In this document: positions 14,456-28,705 of the stretch, piece after piece
Layout: the number at the start of each line of letters is the position of its first letter
Numbering within the stretch: position 1 is the stretch's first letter
Assembly (NCBI GenBank): GCA_951406725.2
Contig: OX597837.1
Span: 13,392,001-13,456,000 of the forward strand
Source: Octopus vulgaris
Lineage: Eukaryota
Direction: 5' to 3'
DNA: 64,000 bases
Notes under the pieces: generated by a model
Database searches by the model: none
Told to the model about the DNA's origin: nothing
Seen by the model: the letters and a program-made list of their open reading frames with translations, nothing else
Translations under genes and position numbers: made by a program

Positions 14456-14752
14456 TTGGCGAAATTTTGAACCTAAAGTATTTTTCAATGTTGTTGTTAT
14501 TATTATTATCATTACTATCATTATTATTATTATTATTCAGGTCACTGCCTGGAATCAAGCTCGGAATCTTGGGGTTAGTAGCCCACGCTCTTAATCACTA
14601 TGCCATTGGCATAGTGATTAAGAGTGCAGGCTACTAACCCCAAGATTCTGAGTTTGATCCCAGGCAGTGACCTGAATAATAATGATAATAATAATAATAA
14701 TATCATCGAAAAATACCTTAGGAATGAGAACCCAGGTTTGAAATTTCTCCAA
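14455..14752. repeat. ~300-bp palindrome of two head-to-head tRNA-derived SINE heads
   Basis: Centre ...CACTATGCCA T TGGCATAGTG... at 14606. Each arm has A-box-like TGGCATAGTG, B-box-like GAGTTTGATCC and an (AAT)n tract. Confidence 0.85.
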
Positions 14753-15014
14753 TGTGTGATCTTCAGATGGATAATTTTTTTGTTCTTACATCATAAATAT
14801 TAATTATGATGTAAGAAAGAAAAATTGAAAAACATGTATTGAAAATAACTTTAATAAAAATCAGTAAAAACAAAGTCAACTCTGTGACTGCGTTTGTGAA
14901 GATTCTTCAGGTCTTGTGTTGTGGCTAATCTTCTTTAACTGATGCCAAAGAGTAATGACCAAAAACAAAACAAGTTAAAAGAAAAGAAAAATATATCTTT
15001 TAAAATTATTTCAG

Positions 15015-15167
15015 GTCTTGAAGATTGGGACATCATAACCCCAGGGGACATCCCTCAGCTGAAAGTGACAGCAAGCATGTTTGAGAAGAATTCCTTCCTT
15101 GGTGCCTTGACTGGTAGCATCACAAGCCACGTGGAGAAGACTTTATCGCAGGTTCAAAAAGTCATGG
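15015..15167 (+). CDS. TBC1D25: TBC1D25 internal coding exon C (LIR motif EDWDII)
   Basis: atttcag|GTCTTGAAGATTGGGACATCATA...GTCATGG|gtatgt. LEDWDIITP matches the Atg8/LC3-interacting motif of OATL1. Phase 1 in, phase 1 out. Confidence 0.92.
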
Positions 15168-15617
15168 GTATGTATTAGTCGGAATATACTTTGAAATGTA
15201 CCATGCACTGATGAAGTTTATGAAATAATTACTTAATGAATTTTACATCCTTAAACATCTCTGTGTTTCCATCTTCTGTCCAGGTTTTCTGTTTCTAGCA
15301 CTGGAGTAAGTATTTTTATTTAACTGGATGTAATTTTAAATGACAATACTTTATTCTAACAAGGACAAACGGATTAAGTCGATTATATCGACCCCAGTGC
15401 ATAACTGGTACTTTAACAGTGTACTTTATCATTGTGTCTAGTTTCTCGCTAAGCAGTCCAAAGTTTCACTAGAGATGCACTACAAGATTTTTGGTAAGCT
15501 TTGACCTCTGCATAAATGCTAGCTCAATGTTTGACAATTTCTAACCAAATAATATAAAGTATTGTCTGTATTACTTAAGGAAATCTTTGACGTTCTCTCT
15601 TTTCTGTTTTCCCTCAG

Positions 15618-17992
15618 GTTTTAAATCTTACGAAGATAATGCTGTGAAAGCCTTAAAACCAGCCATGACTGATATGGAGTTTCACAACTACTTAGACGTT
15701 GATGGACATCTCATCAGACCCCAGGAACTCCGACTGAGTATTTACCAAGGTGGTATTGAACCGTCACTGCGTAAAGTGGTCTGGCGGCATCTTCTAAATA
15801 TTTTCCCTGATAACATGTCGGGGAAGGAGCGTTACGACTACTTGAAACGAAAGGAGCAGGAGTACTACAAGGTGCGGAAGCAGTGGAAGGCACATTTAGA
15901 GACGGACACTGCTTCCGACGAAATCAAGAACATCATTTCAGTGGTCAAGAAGGATGTGTTAAGAACAGACCGGACTTATAAGTTTTATGCTGGGTCAGAC
16001 GATAGCAACAATATTCTGTCATTAATTCACATCTTAGTAACCTATGCAGTCACACATCCTGATATCTCCTACTGTCAAGGCATGAGTGATTTAGCCTCAC
16101 CTTTACTAGTCGTTCAGAAAGACGAGTCTCACGCCTATCTCTGCTTTTGTGGCTTGATGAAACATATGAAGATCAACTTTCATCCAAGCGGTCAAGCAAT
16201 GAAGATCAAACTACAGCATCTGTCACTGCTTCTCCAACTCTACGATCCTGTATTCTACACTTACCTCTGTGAAAGCAGCCCAAACCACCTTTTCTGCTTC
16301 CGATGGCTTCTTCTGGAACTGAAGCGTGAATTTCCTTTGGACGATGCTCTTTATATGCTGGAGGTGATGTGGAGTACGCTGCCTCCAGACCCGCCTGCTG
16401 TTGAACTCGAACTGACCGACCCGCATTATTCCCCCAGTTTAATTTCCTCTTCACCTTCATCCCCAACACTAAATTTCCCCCAGAGCATGTACGCCAATTT
16501 CCTTGCACTTCGCCTAAAAGACGCTGCCAAAGCGCGAAACGTAGCCCATTCGAATAGTTACGATTCCGACAAGATGACCAATGCGGAGTCAAACGGGAGA
16601 CTGAACGGAGTGAAGAAATCTTCGAATTGCATTAACATCCAAATTAATCAGCATGATGTCTCACCTATGGAAGAAAGTTACTCCGGTGGAGATTTCCCAG
16701 CCATGGAGGATGCTACAGCCAAGATGATGCAGGCTCGTTCTTCAAGCATCGATAAGTCGTTGTGCAGTTCCCCTCCCCCTCAGTTGCTCAGTGGTAGTGA
16801 TGAGGATGTGTTTGCATTTGAAAGTTCTTCTTGCTCATCAGGTAAAAGCAAGTTAAGTGTCGGAAGCATCAATTCGTGTCCCAAAACAGACTCGGAAGAG
16901 ACGAGAGACAACGGTTCTTACGAAGACACTCAGTTTCATTTATCTCTTGAGAACGTAGAGAAATTTCAAACCACGGAACCATCCAGTTCATTTCATTCCC
17001 CAGACTCTGAAGTTCCAAAGACCAAAACAAAAGTAAAGCACAAACCGGCTCAGCTGTCTCTGACCGTGTCGTCCAAACCGATGGTCACTCTGACTTCTCC
17101 AAACTGTGATAAAAGTCACACTGACGATGCTGACTATGTTGACGCCACTGATAGTGAGAACGTGACCCCGACATCCTACGGCCAACAATGCCCACAGTTT
17201 AGGTCAGCTGTTAAGACCCCGTCTCCAGGCAACCTGCCTCCCCTCCCCCTATCACTTCCACTAACACTCCCACCACCCCCACTGCCGCTACCATCACAAA
17301 TGAAAAAAGTGCACACTAACGACTCCAGTCTATCTACTTCTTCTTCGTCTGTGGCATCGTCTCAGATGGTAACCCCAAGCGAGTCCCCCGCCAGTGGCGA
17401 CCCCTCCCATCTGCCTACGGTCCCTTGTTCCTTGCAATCATCGCAACATCCGGACATACCTCCACTTCCGTTGCCGCCTTCCAATATTTCAACATCGTCA
17501 TCTTCACTGTCATCTCCTCCTTACCCTCCCCCGGCAGACTCTGCCTCGACCCATTCCTCCTTTGATGCCAGCTCCCCAACCCAGCTCACTGTAAATGGTT
17601 CCACTGGTGTGACCACCACCACCATGTCTAATCCTGCTTCTTCGCCAACCAACATCACCAACACCATCACTACTGCTAATACTACTACTACTCCTGTAAA
17701 TGATAATGCCACACTGGACCGGTCGCAGAAACTGCCTCCACCACAGGACTTTGGCGCCGGAAACCCATTCCTCATGTTCCTTTGCCTCACTATCCTCCTG
17801 CAACACCGAGATTTAATTATTAACAAGAAACTGGAATGTGAAGAGATAGATATGTATTTCCAGAGATTAACTCGCAAACAAAATGTTCACAAAGTCCTTC
17901 ACCAAGCCAGGACTCTCTACACGGAGTACCTTCGCAATCAGCAGAAACTCGATGAAGAATTCAAATCCATTGAAGACAGTTTAAGTATCTGA
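15618..17992 (+). CDS. TBC1D25: TBC1D25 last coding exon: Rab-GAP TBC domain with a long Ser/Pro/Thr-rich insert
   Basis: ccctcag|GTTTTAAA acceptor inside the 801-aa ORF. TBC motifs GGIEPSLRKVVW, KKDVLRTDR (Arg finger), YCQGMSDL (Gln finger), FRWLLLELKREF and C-terminal FGAGNPFLMFLCL. Stop TGA at 17990-17992. Confidence 0.96.
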
Positions 17993-20234
17993 GACCCATT
18001 CTTAATGATTTCATTTGTTGGTAAGCGAAAGGAGAGGCAAACAAACCAGAAAAGCTAAGGAACTGTGATCACGTTTTGTCGGTGTGTTCACCATATGATG
18101 TTGTGTATGATTGCGCCATTTCACAGTGTACCATTATGGTCGAACCATTTGGGACCCATCTCTACAGACCCACAACTTCCCCTTATTTAATATTTCACCC
18201 TAAAATAAACCTTGTAAAATTTTGTATATTTACGAAAGTGCACATAGAAAAAAAAAAATTGCACATGCATACACACACACACACATATACATACATATAT
18301 GCACTCACCAACACATATATAGACATTGCAATCTGTGACCTTTACTATTCTGTCAACTTGTATACAACTATTTTTTGTTGTATGTGTGTTGGTGTACAAC
18401 ACAAGCTTGACAAAGTGCAACGGTGTGCAATGCAACACCAGCATATTAATAATGCTTTAATGAATTAATTATTTAAAAAAAAAAAACATTCTCGTTAATG
18501 TTTTTCAACCATTGTCCTGCAGATTTATCTCATTGCAGAAGTTTGTTCCAAAAAGTTAAATTCATTATATGTAAATAAATTTTAAAATATTGAAATTTTT
18601 TTCTTTGTTTGAAGAAAAATAATGTTGCATGGTTGGAGACATTTGCTCTTGATATGGTGTAAAGGTTATCAACTATTTCTAATTATTTATTTATAATTAT
18701 TTATTGTTAACGATATGAAGGGTGATAAACAAACTTAAATAGATCATGATATGATAACACATTTCTATTAATTCTTTTAAGTGCTTTAGAAGCTGGACAC
18801 ACACACACATTTATTTCATCATCATGTAACACCCACTTTTCCACGCTTGCAAGGGTCTGACAGAATTTGTTGAGGCAAATTTTCTATGGCCGGATGCCTT
18901 TCCTGTCACCAACTCTCACCTGTTTCCTAGCAAAGGTAATATTTCCCCAAAGCCAGAGATATTTATCATGGAAGACTGAGAATGAACAACCTAGATGTCA
19001 CGTCATGTCTAGACAAGAGTACATCCCACCCACACACACAATGGGCTTCTTTCAGTTTCCGTCTACCAAATCCACTCAAGGCTTTGGTCGGCCCAAGGCT
19101 ATAGTAGAAGACACTTGCCCAAGGTGCCACGCAGTGGGACTGAACCCGGAACCATGTGGTTGGTAAGCAAGCTACTTACTACACAGCCCCTCCTCTGCCT
19201 ATGTACATCAGAAGAAGCTGAACATAACCATCAGTCATTTCTCCTGTTAGACTTTTGGTCTCGATAAATCTTTCTCATCCGAGAACAACCAAAGCATATC
19301 ATATTCGTGAGGGTCCTTTGGCATTTGTTAAGTAACCACTTGGCACAGATCAAATGGTTTTCCTATGCCTTTGCAGATATGAGCCGGCCTATCCTCACCA
19401 CATACGACTTATATATGAACTATCAAATATCCTCATACACTTTGGTGTTCTGTGGTAATGGCTATCATTGATTTTCTGAGATCATTGATATTATGAATCT
19501 GTTGGATGAGTTGCGATCTCCTTATTGTGTCAAAGTGTTTTTGATTCCATCCAAACTTTATATACAAAATATCTTGGAACATTTAGAATTTAGTTTCTAA
19601 GTCGCTCTGTTCTGCATGTATGGCAACAACAACAGCATATCTTTTCATTTGTTGTGTCAGCATTTTATCTGCCAGCACAACAGGCTGTTCTTGTCACAAA
19701 CCAATCAGATTGCTGTTTACAAGTTCCACTCGTCACAAATCGATCAGATTGTTGCCAACAGATTCCACTCACCACTCAGCCAATCAAACTGCTGTTTACT
19801 GACTTTGCTTGTCATGAGCTGAGATTCTAGTTCCAGGCTCCACACATCACAAACCACTCAGGTTGGTGGATGTAGCAGTTTTTGAGGTTTGTTTTTTCCT
19901 TAATCCAAATTCTTTCAATTTGGACAAATCCCAAAGGTCAGTTATCCTTCTCCACTCTTTACATGAAACCCTTTGGAGACGGGGCCTTATTTGGAGTTTC
20001 AGTGCCAAGAAGATAGAGCCCTTTTCACAAGCCCTACAGAGTAATGCACTTATTTTTCAAAATAAAAAATATTAAAAAAATAAAGTACTTTACATATATA
20101 AAACTATATATATTCTTGCAGGAAATTGAATGAATTAATTCAATCTTCTTCGTCATTCGACTTTTCGGTCGCTAGATCAGCCCTGTTGTCTTCTAAGGGT
20201 CAACGTCACTAAACCACGCAACACATCTCCAAAC

Positions 20235-20720
20235 AAGACCGGCTTCACTTGAGAAGGGGAGATAATCGCATCTCAACATTGAAGAACTCTCCACAGTTTA
20301 CATGGCAACCAGCCATTTGCCTGCTCTGTGTATCGCATTGTGATGCACAGAACATATTTCCCTTGCGTCCATGCATTATATATGATGCACATTCCCCATG
20401 TTTTTTCAACCACCAGGAGTAACTCGAGGCTTATGAAAGGAAAGCTGTCATATTGCTCAGACCAAATGAGACAAATGGTTAACCAAGAGTCTGAAACGAA
20501 GCACGACAGAGCAAGCTTATGAAAATTCATTGGAGAGGCAAAGGACAAGATTATTGACTGGAAATATAAGGTTTCTTGCTCAATAGCTGGTGTCATGACA
20601 ACTGTCCAACCATATACAGAAATAGAGTAGAACACATTTACGGCCAAGATAAATTGCATAATTTAAACAAAAATTCTAGAATCTTGAGATTATCTCCCCT
20701 TTTCAGGTGAAACTAGTCTT
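20235..20720. mobile_element. Non-autonomous DNA element with ~36-bp terminal inverted repeats
   Basis: AAGACCGGCTTCACTTGAGAAGGGGAGATAATCGCA versus reverse complement of the right end AAGACTAGTTTCACCTGAAAAGGGGAGATAATCTCA. Confidence 0.55.
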
Positions 20721-23700
20721 AATCGTCATTTGGTAATTATGACATCCTCTGTAGGCAGAGATAACCTTAGTACATCAAGAATTTATACTGTATGGTGTTT
20801 GATAGACCTGTATTAGTCTATGTTGCTCACATACATGCTACTGACTAATTTTCTCTTAGCTCTCTTTTCTTAGGAAAATAGTAAGACATAGGATGGCTGA
20901 TGAAAAGGGGTCAATATCTAGGGAGATAAACACAAACAATAATAGAAACAGACACAGCTGACATGGTGAACACAACCCTATACAAATGTAAAAGCAAGCA
21001 ACGCATATCACTGGCACGCCATCAGTTATGACGATGGTCCCAGTTGATCCGGAAAAACCTACTCGTGAAATTAATGTGTACGTGGCTGAGCACTCCACAG
21101 ACACGTGTACCCTTAACGTAGTTCTCAGGGAGATTCAGTGTGACACAGCTGAGTGGAGTGGAGCCACGTGTGCTCAACGACACAGCGCATTGCCAGGAAA
21201 TGAACTCACGACCCTGCGATCACGAGCCGGATATCCTAACCACCTGCCTTCACGAACATAACGCATAATATCAACGAAGCAAGGTTGTTGTGAAAGCAGC
21301 ATGTCTGCTGCTCCATCTCCGCACACAAACCATTGGACAGGCAAAGGCAGTAATGTAGAGTGTGTAATGTTTGTAAATGGATGTAGAAAAATAAGCTGGA
21401 ATAAAACACTTACAGAAGTCGGTGAGCACAGCAGAGGTTCCTACATTGGAAATAAAGGGTTGGTCTTTAATTCTTTAGCATTTAAACCAATCGGATCGGA
21501 CTCAAATATATTCTACCTGTTAATTCTCAAAATGGCCAGATTTCGCCCCTTAAACCTATTCTACAAAGTCATTCTAAGAATTAACAATCACATCATTGAA
21601 ATCTCATCACTATGAGACACGGTAAGAGAGGTCAATTTTGCCTTTCTGTACACTGGCCTTTTCCACTACCCCCCCCACTTAGATCAGGCTATTTTCATAA
21701 CACTTTATAGATGCAGCAGATGTCACTGCACAGTTAAGAAACTTGCTTCCAAACCCCATGGTCCTGTGTTCAGTCCCACAGCGTGACACCTTGGGCCATT
21801 GACTTCTACTATAGCCCATAGCAGACCAAGGCTTTGTGAATGGATTTAGTTCACAGGACCTGAAAGACCATTGAGGATATATATATACACACACACACAA
21901 AATAGTTCAGAGGTGATCTAAATGATTAGGTACGCTAGGTAAATGCTGTAACAGATTACTAGAGCTCCAAGGTTGTAGCCGGGACGATAGTTATGGAGCC
22001 ATTGCAGATTTCCAATATGGTGGATATATAATTGTTAAAGAGGACATCCTTTGGAAATGGATGAGATAGTTTATATGACAGGGACACTTATTTTACAACT
22101 ATTACGCAAAGTCAAGACAAACACACACACACACGTGATAGGCTTCTTTCAATTTCTATCTATCGCATAATATATAGATTTGTATAAAAGGGGATTTTCA
22201 GATGCGGAGGGAAAATGGCTGAATTCCTTTAGAGTGTTGGGCCTCACAGAGGCAATGACCAAGACCTTTGGCATTATGTCATGCTTGAGAAGAAGACCCA
22301 TCAAGCTGAGCAAAATTGCAGTTGTGGCAGATACTGGTGCCATGCAAATTGGCACCCTTGCTGGTGGCACGTAAAAGCACCCAATACACTTTCAGAGTGG
22401 TTGGCATTAGGAAGGGCATCCAGCCATAGAAAACCATGCCAAATCAGACTGGAGCCTGGTGCAGCTCTCCAGCCCTGGTCAAACCATCTAAACCCATGCC
22501 AACATGGACAACAAATGGTAAATGATGATGAGGATGATTTTGGTCATCCTGGGGCTATAGTAGAAGACACTTGGCCAAGGTGTCACGCAGTGAGACTGAA
22601 CCCAGAACCATGTGGTTGGGAAGCAAGCTTCTTACCACACAGCCACACCCAAGAAAATAGAGAATGTGTTCGAAAACATGAAATAATTCAAGGAAAAGGA
22701 GAGGTTTTATAAAAGGATATTCTTGTTTGGTGAAATTAAGTGGGGGACACAGGCTCTGGAGGTCCACATATACTGTACATAAAAATGCTGCAATAACCTG
22801 AGGAAATAGAAAATGTGTATAAAAACAAGAAATGAACAATTTACAGTGATGATATCGAATACAATAGTGTGTGATATCTTTTTTATTATAACTATAAAAC
22901 GAACCATATAAACAGGGTTCATAAAACTAATATATTCAGAGTTTATATAAAATAAGTTGATAATTTTTTTTTTTTAATTTTAACAGGACATCATGAGAGA
23001 ATAGATATCAGTTGTAAATATATATATGTATGTGTGTGTGTGTGTGTGTATGTGTGTATATGTGCATGCATGGATGGATGCACACACGTGCACACATAGA
23101 CACTAACTGACAAGCTGGGAACTAAATATTGTTCTGAGAGAAGATATGCAATGATAGGGAAAAAGTTCAGTTCAAAATGAATGTTTGTAGAGCTGGGGAG
23201 TGACAGGGGGAAAGGGGGGAAGAAAACAAAAAACAAAAAAAAAAATTAGGGAACAGCAGAGAGCACGAATTGGCAACATTGGAGAATCCCCATTTTACTT
23301 TATACATGACTAATTTATCAGATAAGACAATCCACACACCACGATGTTTGCAGTGCAATCACAAGGAAGTTCCACAACCACCACCACCGCTCCCCACCTT
23401 TTTAATTATTTGGGGGGAGTGGGGGAGGGGTTAATGAATATTCCACTTTGCTCAGATGTTGTATTCTATCTTCAGGCATCATTTACTTGCATGATGCCAG
23501 AAATAAGCACAGCAAGTGCACATCTGAGATCATTTTGGCTGCTGAGAGAACCAAAGATGCAAGCGACAACACGTGGTGGTTGCCTTAACGAGGCTCCTTA
23601 GGTCGAAACCCTTTCAGCCTTCGTGTTTTGTTGATGCCAGGGGGGTGAGATGACTAGCAAATTTAACCTAAATTCTAAGGCACCAAATCTGATATCGGAA

Positions 23701-26199
23701 AGTATTCAACCCAGTATTATTATTATTATTATCCATCTATCATCATTCACTCTCTCATCCACACACGCACACGATCCAATGACAGAGCCTTTTGTGTTGC
23801 TCAACCTGCAAGAAATAACTCGTAAATCTCCCTCAGATCACAAACTTAGAAAGAACACACCGAATAATGAAGTCGCAGATACACTACGCTTGGAAATAAT
23901 AAAAAAATGGAAACTAAAGACAGGATGGTCACAGCTTTAATCATAGGTCTACTCGATCAGGACTGACCTAGGGCTAAACAATACATATGTAGCTACTGTC
24001 TAAGGGATAGGCATCAAAAAACAAGGTAGAGATGAAACAAGGACAAGTAACGTAATGAATGGAGAGATATTCTGGGATGAACGATCGTCTTACATACACA
24101 GAATTCTATTGTGTGTAGAAGACCAGGCATTCTATGTAGATAAGACAGGAATTACCAAGGAATAGGGAGAGAAAATATAAAAAAATAAAAGAAATAGTTT
24201 TAATATCACAATTTTTTTTTTCTTTTTTGCATCCTTTTATGATTGAAATCGGAATCTTAGGAGAATAAATATTAATCTGACAAATGTGGTGTGTGTGTGT
24301 TTGTATGAGAACTTTATACAAGAGTTGTTTGTTTTATTCTGCTGATCCAGATCAAAGCAAGAGATGCCAGGGAGATTAGATTCCCATGGTTGTTGGTAGA
24401 CATTGAGGACTAAAAAAAAAGAGAGAGAGAGAGAGAGAATAGCATTTCTATTAAAAAATATTTTTTACATAGGCATAAAACATCCAGGTGAAGGATAACT
24501 GGATTTTGTGACATTCATGCCTCTCCGAAAGGCATTAAACAAAGTGAGGTCGTTCCAGTCAGGAATTGGAACTGGATCATGGACTCAGTTTTGCAGAGAA
24601 TGGTTCGCCACACTATGGCACTCACAATGATTAAATAAAAAATATAAATTAAAAATAAATATGATTTTTATTTTTGGTTTTTTTCTTTAAATATTACATC
24701 CAAAGATACTCCACGGAAACTTTGGAAGTTTCCATGGCACCATTGTTTCTAGAGAGAAAGACACTTTATATGATTGTCAAAATACCGTCTGCTATGTCCA
24801 AAACTTTTAGTCACTTTGGTTGAGTCGACAAATGGCAGACGAAGTAAACGTAAGAACCGTGTAGCTTTGTGTGACTATTCGGAGGGGTGGGTGGGAGAGA
24901 GAGAGAGAGAGAGAGAGGAACTGTTGATGAGGTGGGGGAATAAAGACAACAGATATCAGTTAGGCATCAATGTAAGGGACGAGGGGGGAGGGGAATGGGT
25001 GGAATATTTGGTTTCAATGTCTTGTGTTATTCACTGAAAATTAACACAAAGGAAAAAACGAGACAAAAACATCGAATGTTAGCAGTCTCAATATATACTC
25101 TATGGATTGTAACAGGTCATCTTGTTACAGTGTAACTTCATTATATGCTGTCACACTACATCTATATTCTGAATGTAACTACAACTTTAATATAGCATTC
25201 TTAAATTTCAACCATCATGGATCTAGCAAATCTAGATCACTTTTACTCCCTTAAAATCTCTGTTACACTTAACTAAGAATATTCTAGTATATATCTATAT
25301 ATATATATAATCTAATATAAAGTATTTTCAAAGCTGTATCATTACTTTACGTCTATATAAAGGTTAATCTGTGCAACTATGAATCACTACTCACTCGACA
25401 ATGATATTTTCAAAACTGAAAATTGATAATTTAAGGATTTTGTATGGAATGGAATTCAACGTAATTTTTCTTATGAATGGTTAGTTTCAAATTACTAACT
25501 GCTCAATTTAGTTTCTCCACACACACAAACTACTAGTTCACCTTCTTAAAAGTACTACTTTGCCACAGCAAGTAGCAAATTCATTATCTAAGTAATAAGT
25601 GAAACAGCAACTTGCATATAAAAAGAAACTTTTTGCGATGTATGTTTCAATTTTCCTCACATTTTCTTATGAGGAAGAATATTTTCAGTACGACAGACAC
25701 TCAAGTGAAATACCACCCCAAAGGAAATATAAGAAAGTGGTTCTTGTAACTTACCCTTTCTGAGCAACAAAAAATATATTCGAGAATACCTAGAATCATC
25801 TACAAAGGAATAACGAAGAAACGTATGGAGATATTTGTAAGGAAATGAATGCAAAACCTTGAAGACATATTTTACTATCAGGTGAAAGCTCAGGTATTCT
25901 CTGGAGATGATCACTCATTGCTAATGTCAAATCATATACATATATATATATATATATAATCATTGTTTAACGTCCGTTTTCCATGCTAGCATGGGTTGGA
26001 CAATATATATATATATATACATACATACATACACACATATCATCATCATCATTGTTTAACGTCCACTTTCCATGCTAGCATGGGTTGGACATATGACCGA
26101 GGGCTGGCGAACCAGATGGCTGCACCAGGCTTCAATCTTGATCTGGCAGAGTTTCTACAGCTGGATGCCCTTCCTAACGCCAACCACTCCGAGAGTGTA

Positions 26200-26253
<54 letters not shown>

Positions 26254-27079
26254 AGAAATGTTTGGGTTTGCAATGGGAAGTTTTTCAGAGCCCTGACAAT
26301 ATACATAAACTGGGATGGGTGGAGATATTCAGAGCTGCCAACAACAAAAGTTTACTTCTAAGATCACTTGGTGGGAATAAAAGAAATTCTCTTTGTAAGT
26401 CACTACTGGATTGAAATTGAAGAAAATATATAACAACATAATCAGCCATTATATACGGACATATAATATTGCTGTTAAGTACACTGGTTATTGTAGTATT
26501 GCTGATGTACTTATTAAATAAAATAGATATTTTGTTTTTTTTCAGTAACACACCAAAAAGACTACATATTGCTTTCAAGATGATATATTTTTAAAGATGT
26601 ATTATGAACAAATCCTACGGAACAGATGAAAATAGTAAAATCGGGTGGTGGGGGGAAAACCATTCTGCATTCAGTCAGCGTAAAAAAACGAGCCTGTAGA
26701 TGTCTTCATACACAGTGAATAACATGCACAGAGACATGTGTACTGACGCAGGGTCTGGCCAGGCAATGGATATTTTCTTTAATTAAAATCTAAGGCAACA
26801 ATTAAGTTTTAACACTTTTGTAGACTGGCAGCACCAAACATCTTTGGAGATACTAAGCTGGTACTGACTGTTAAGACTTTCTCCTTCCTTTCACCAACGC
26901 CTATTTTTTCACCCATTCACGCACGCACGCATGCACGCGCACACTCGGACACCACATCTTTTAACTGCTAAATCACATTTTGTTGACATTACAAAGATCC
27001 CAAGAAATATTACATAATCTATAGATTGACAGAAGTAAAAAATATATTTCTGAACTTGTTTGACAAATTTCAGGCAGTG

Positions 27080-28012
27080 TCAGGATTGGTTGGACGATAA
27101 GGTATAAAGTGGGAACGTCTCTCCAGAAGAAGCTACTAAACTGACTGGATAGGGCGAAGCCCCTGTGGTGGCACAAGTAGAAATACTTTCCATTGGGGTC
27201 AACTCTATGCCTGATTCACATTTACTGGGTGTCATATAAGTTCTTGTAACCTTACTTGAAATGTGCCCTTGAGATGATCGTCTATGGGGTTCCGAGTTGG
27301 AACTGTCGTCCGTGTAACCTTTGCCACTCTGATTGATATTGGGTTTGCATTGTTTGATGTCCTCTTGCGAGAGATTGTAGTCTGTGACATCATCGTCTAA
27401 GATCTCAATTGGTTCAGTCTTGATGCCGCATTCAGAAGGAATGCCACTGACCGAACTGCTACCTTGTAGTGACATGGAAGAGGCTTGGGAAGTGGAAGGA
27501 AACTGATTTTGGTGAGAGGTTAAATAATTATGCTGCTCGTTAAGAGACTGAAGCCTCTCGTCGAGCAGCGAATTATGAACATCTTCCAGGTGAGAATGCG
27601 ACAATCCGACGTTCTGTTCTTGGTTGTCAAAAGTTACATCAGCAGGATTGGAATCGTCGCTCAATGTCAACACCACTGTTTGACGATTACTCTGTGACTT
27701 GGGAAGAGAATCTCGGTGACGGGGCGTCAACGTTGACGGGGAGCTGGTCATTTGCTTGTGTTCGTTTAGACTGGCAGCAAACTCTCGGCAGTGTTTCTGA
27801 ATTTTATCGACTTTTAAGAGATTAGATATTCGTTCGACATCCTTGTACAGATGTTCGTTAAGGTTAAGGACACCGTCGTAGAGAAAGCTGACAAAGATTT
27901 TCAGTCCGTCTTCGCTAATCCCTGGTGGAAGATTCACTTCCAAGTCAGCACCATCGGTAATATTTTTTTCCATCAAGTGAGGACTGGCAGCAAACAGAAC
28001 CAAACGATGTAA
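27080..28012 (-). CDS. BTB/POZ protein, constant exon C3 (rest of BTB domain plus disordered Ser/Gln-rich tail, stop)
   Basis: ttcttttccag|TTA CAT CGT TTG GTT = LHRLVLFAASPHL...GLKIFVSFLYDGVLNL...VERISNLLKVDKIQKHC (BTB hallmarks HRxVLxAxS, FLYxG, LxV..C). Phase 0 acceptor. No zinc fingers before the TGA. Confidence 0.9.
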   Translation of the reverse strand, partial: LHRLVLFAASPHLMEKNITDGADLEVNLPPGISEDGLKIFVSFLYDGVLNLNEHLYKDVERISNLLKVDKIQKHCREFAASLNEHKQMTSSPSTLTPRHRDSLPKSQSNRQTVVLTLSDDSNPADVTFDNQEQNVGLSHSHLEDVHNSLLDERLQSLNEQHNYLTSHQNQFPSTSQASSMSLQGSSSVSGIPSECGIKTEPIEILDDDVTDYNLSQEDIKQCKPNINQSGKGYTDDSSNSEPHRRSSQGHISSKVTRTYMTPSKCESGIELTPMESISTCATTGASPYPVSLVASSGETFPLYTLSSNQS

Positions 28013-28077
28013 CTGGAAAAGAAATTAATAACACTCCATAAGAAATACTGAAAATAATTAGTCATCTAGATCTATAG

Positions 28078-28705
28078 CAGTGGTTCTCAACTGGGGACGC
28101 TGTGTGCCTTGGGGACCCATTTAAGATTTTGTTGCTAAAAATTTATGTGCAATAAATTGGTTAGACTTCAGCAATACACAAAATATGTTGATTTTTTTTA
28201 ATACATTTTCTAATAATAATAATCATCATTTAACATCCGCTTTCCATGCTGACATGGGTTGGACAGTTTGACTGAGGACTGGTAAACCAGAAGGTTGCAC
28301 CAGGCTCCAATCTGATCCGGTAATGTTTCTACAGCTGGATGCCCTTCCTAATGCCAACCACTCAGAGTATAGTAGGTGCTTTTTACGTGCCACCAGCACA
28401 AGGGCCAATCAGGCAGCACTGGCATCGACCACACTCAAATGGTGCTTTTTACGTGCCACTGGCACCAACCACGTTCACATGGTGCATTTTATGTGCCACC
28501 GGCATGGGAGCCAGTCCAGTTGAACTGGCATCAACCACCCTCGAATGCTGCTTTTTACATGCCACTGGCATGAGAGCTTGTCATATTTAATTATAAAAAT
28601 ACAGTAAGTTTTTTTTTTTATGTACATCGAATACGTATGGGGGTCCAAGTTGAGTAAAATACGAATCAGAGGGGTCGATAAGTGAAAAATGGTTGGGAAC
28701 CACTG
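28078..28705. mobile_element. hAT-type MITE with nested SINE-like repeat, inside the intron splitting the BTB domain
   Basis: CAGTGGTTCTCAAC...GTTGGGAACCACTG with 8-bp TSD ATCTATAG/TTCTATAG. A related MITE lies at ~46765-47063. Confidence 0.75.

Noticed and set aside
14607-14675. tRNA gene
   Set aside because: A/B-box-like motifs are present but the cloverleaf is incomplete and it continues into SINE body; it is a tRNA-derived repeat head.
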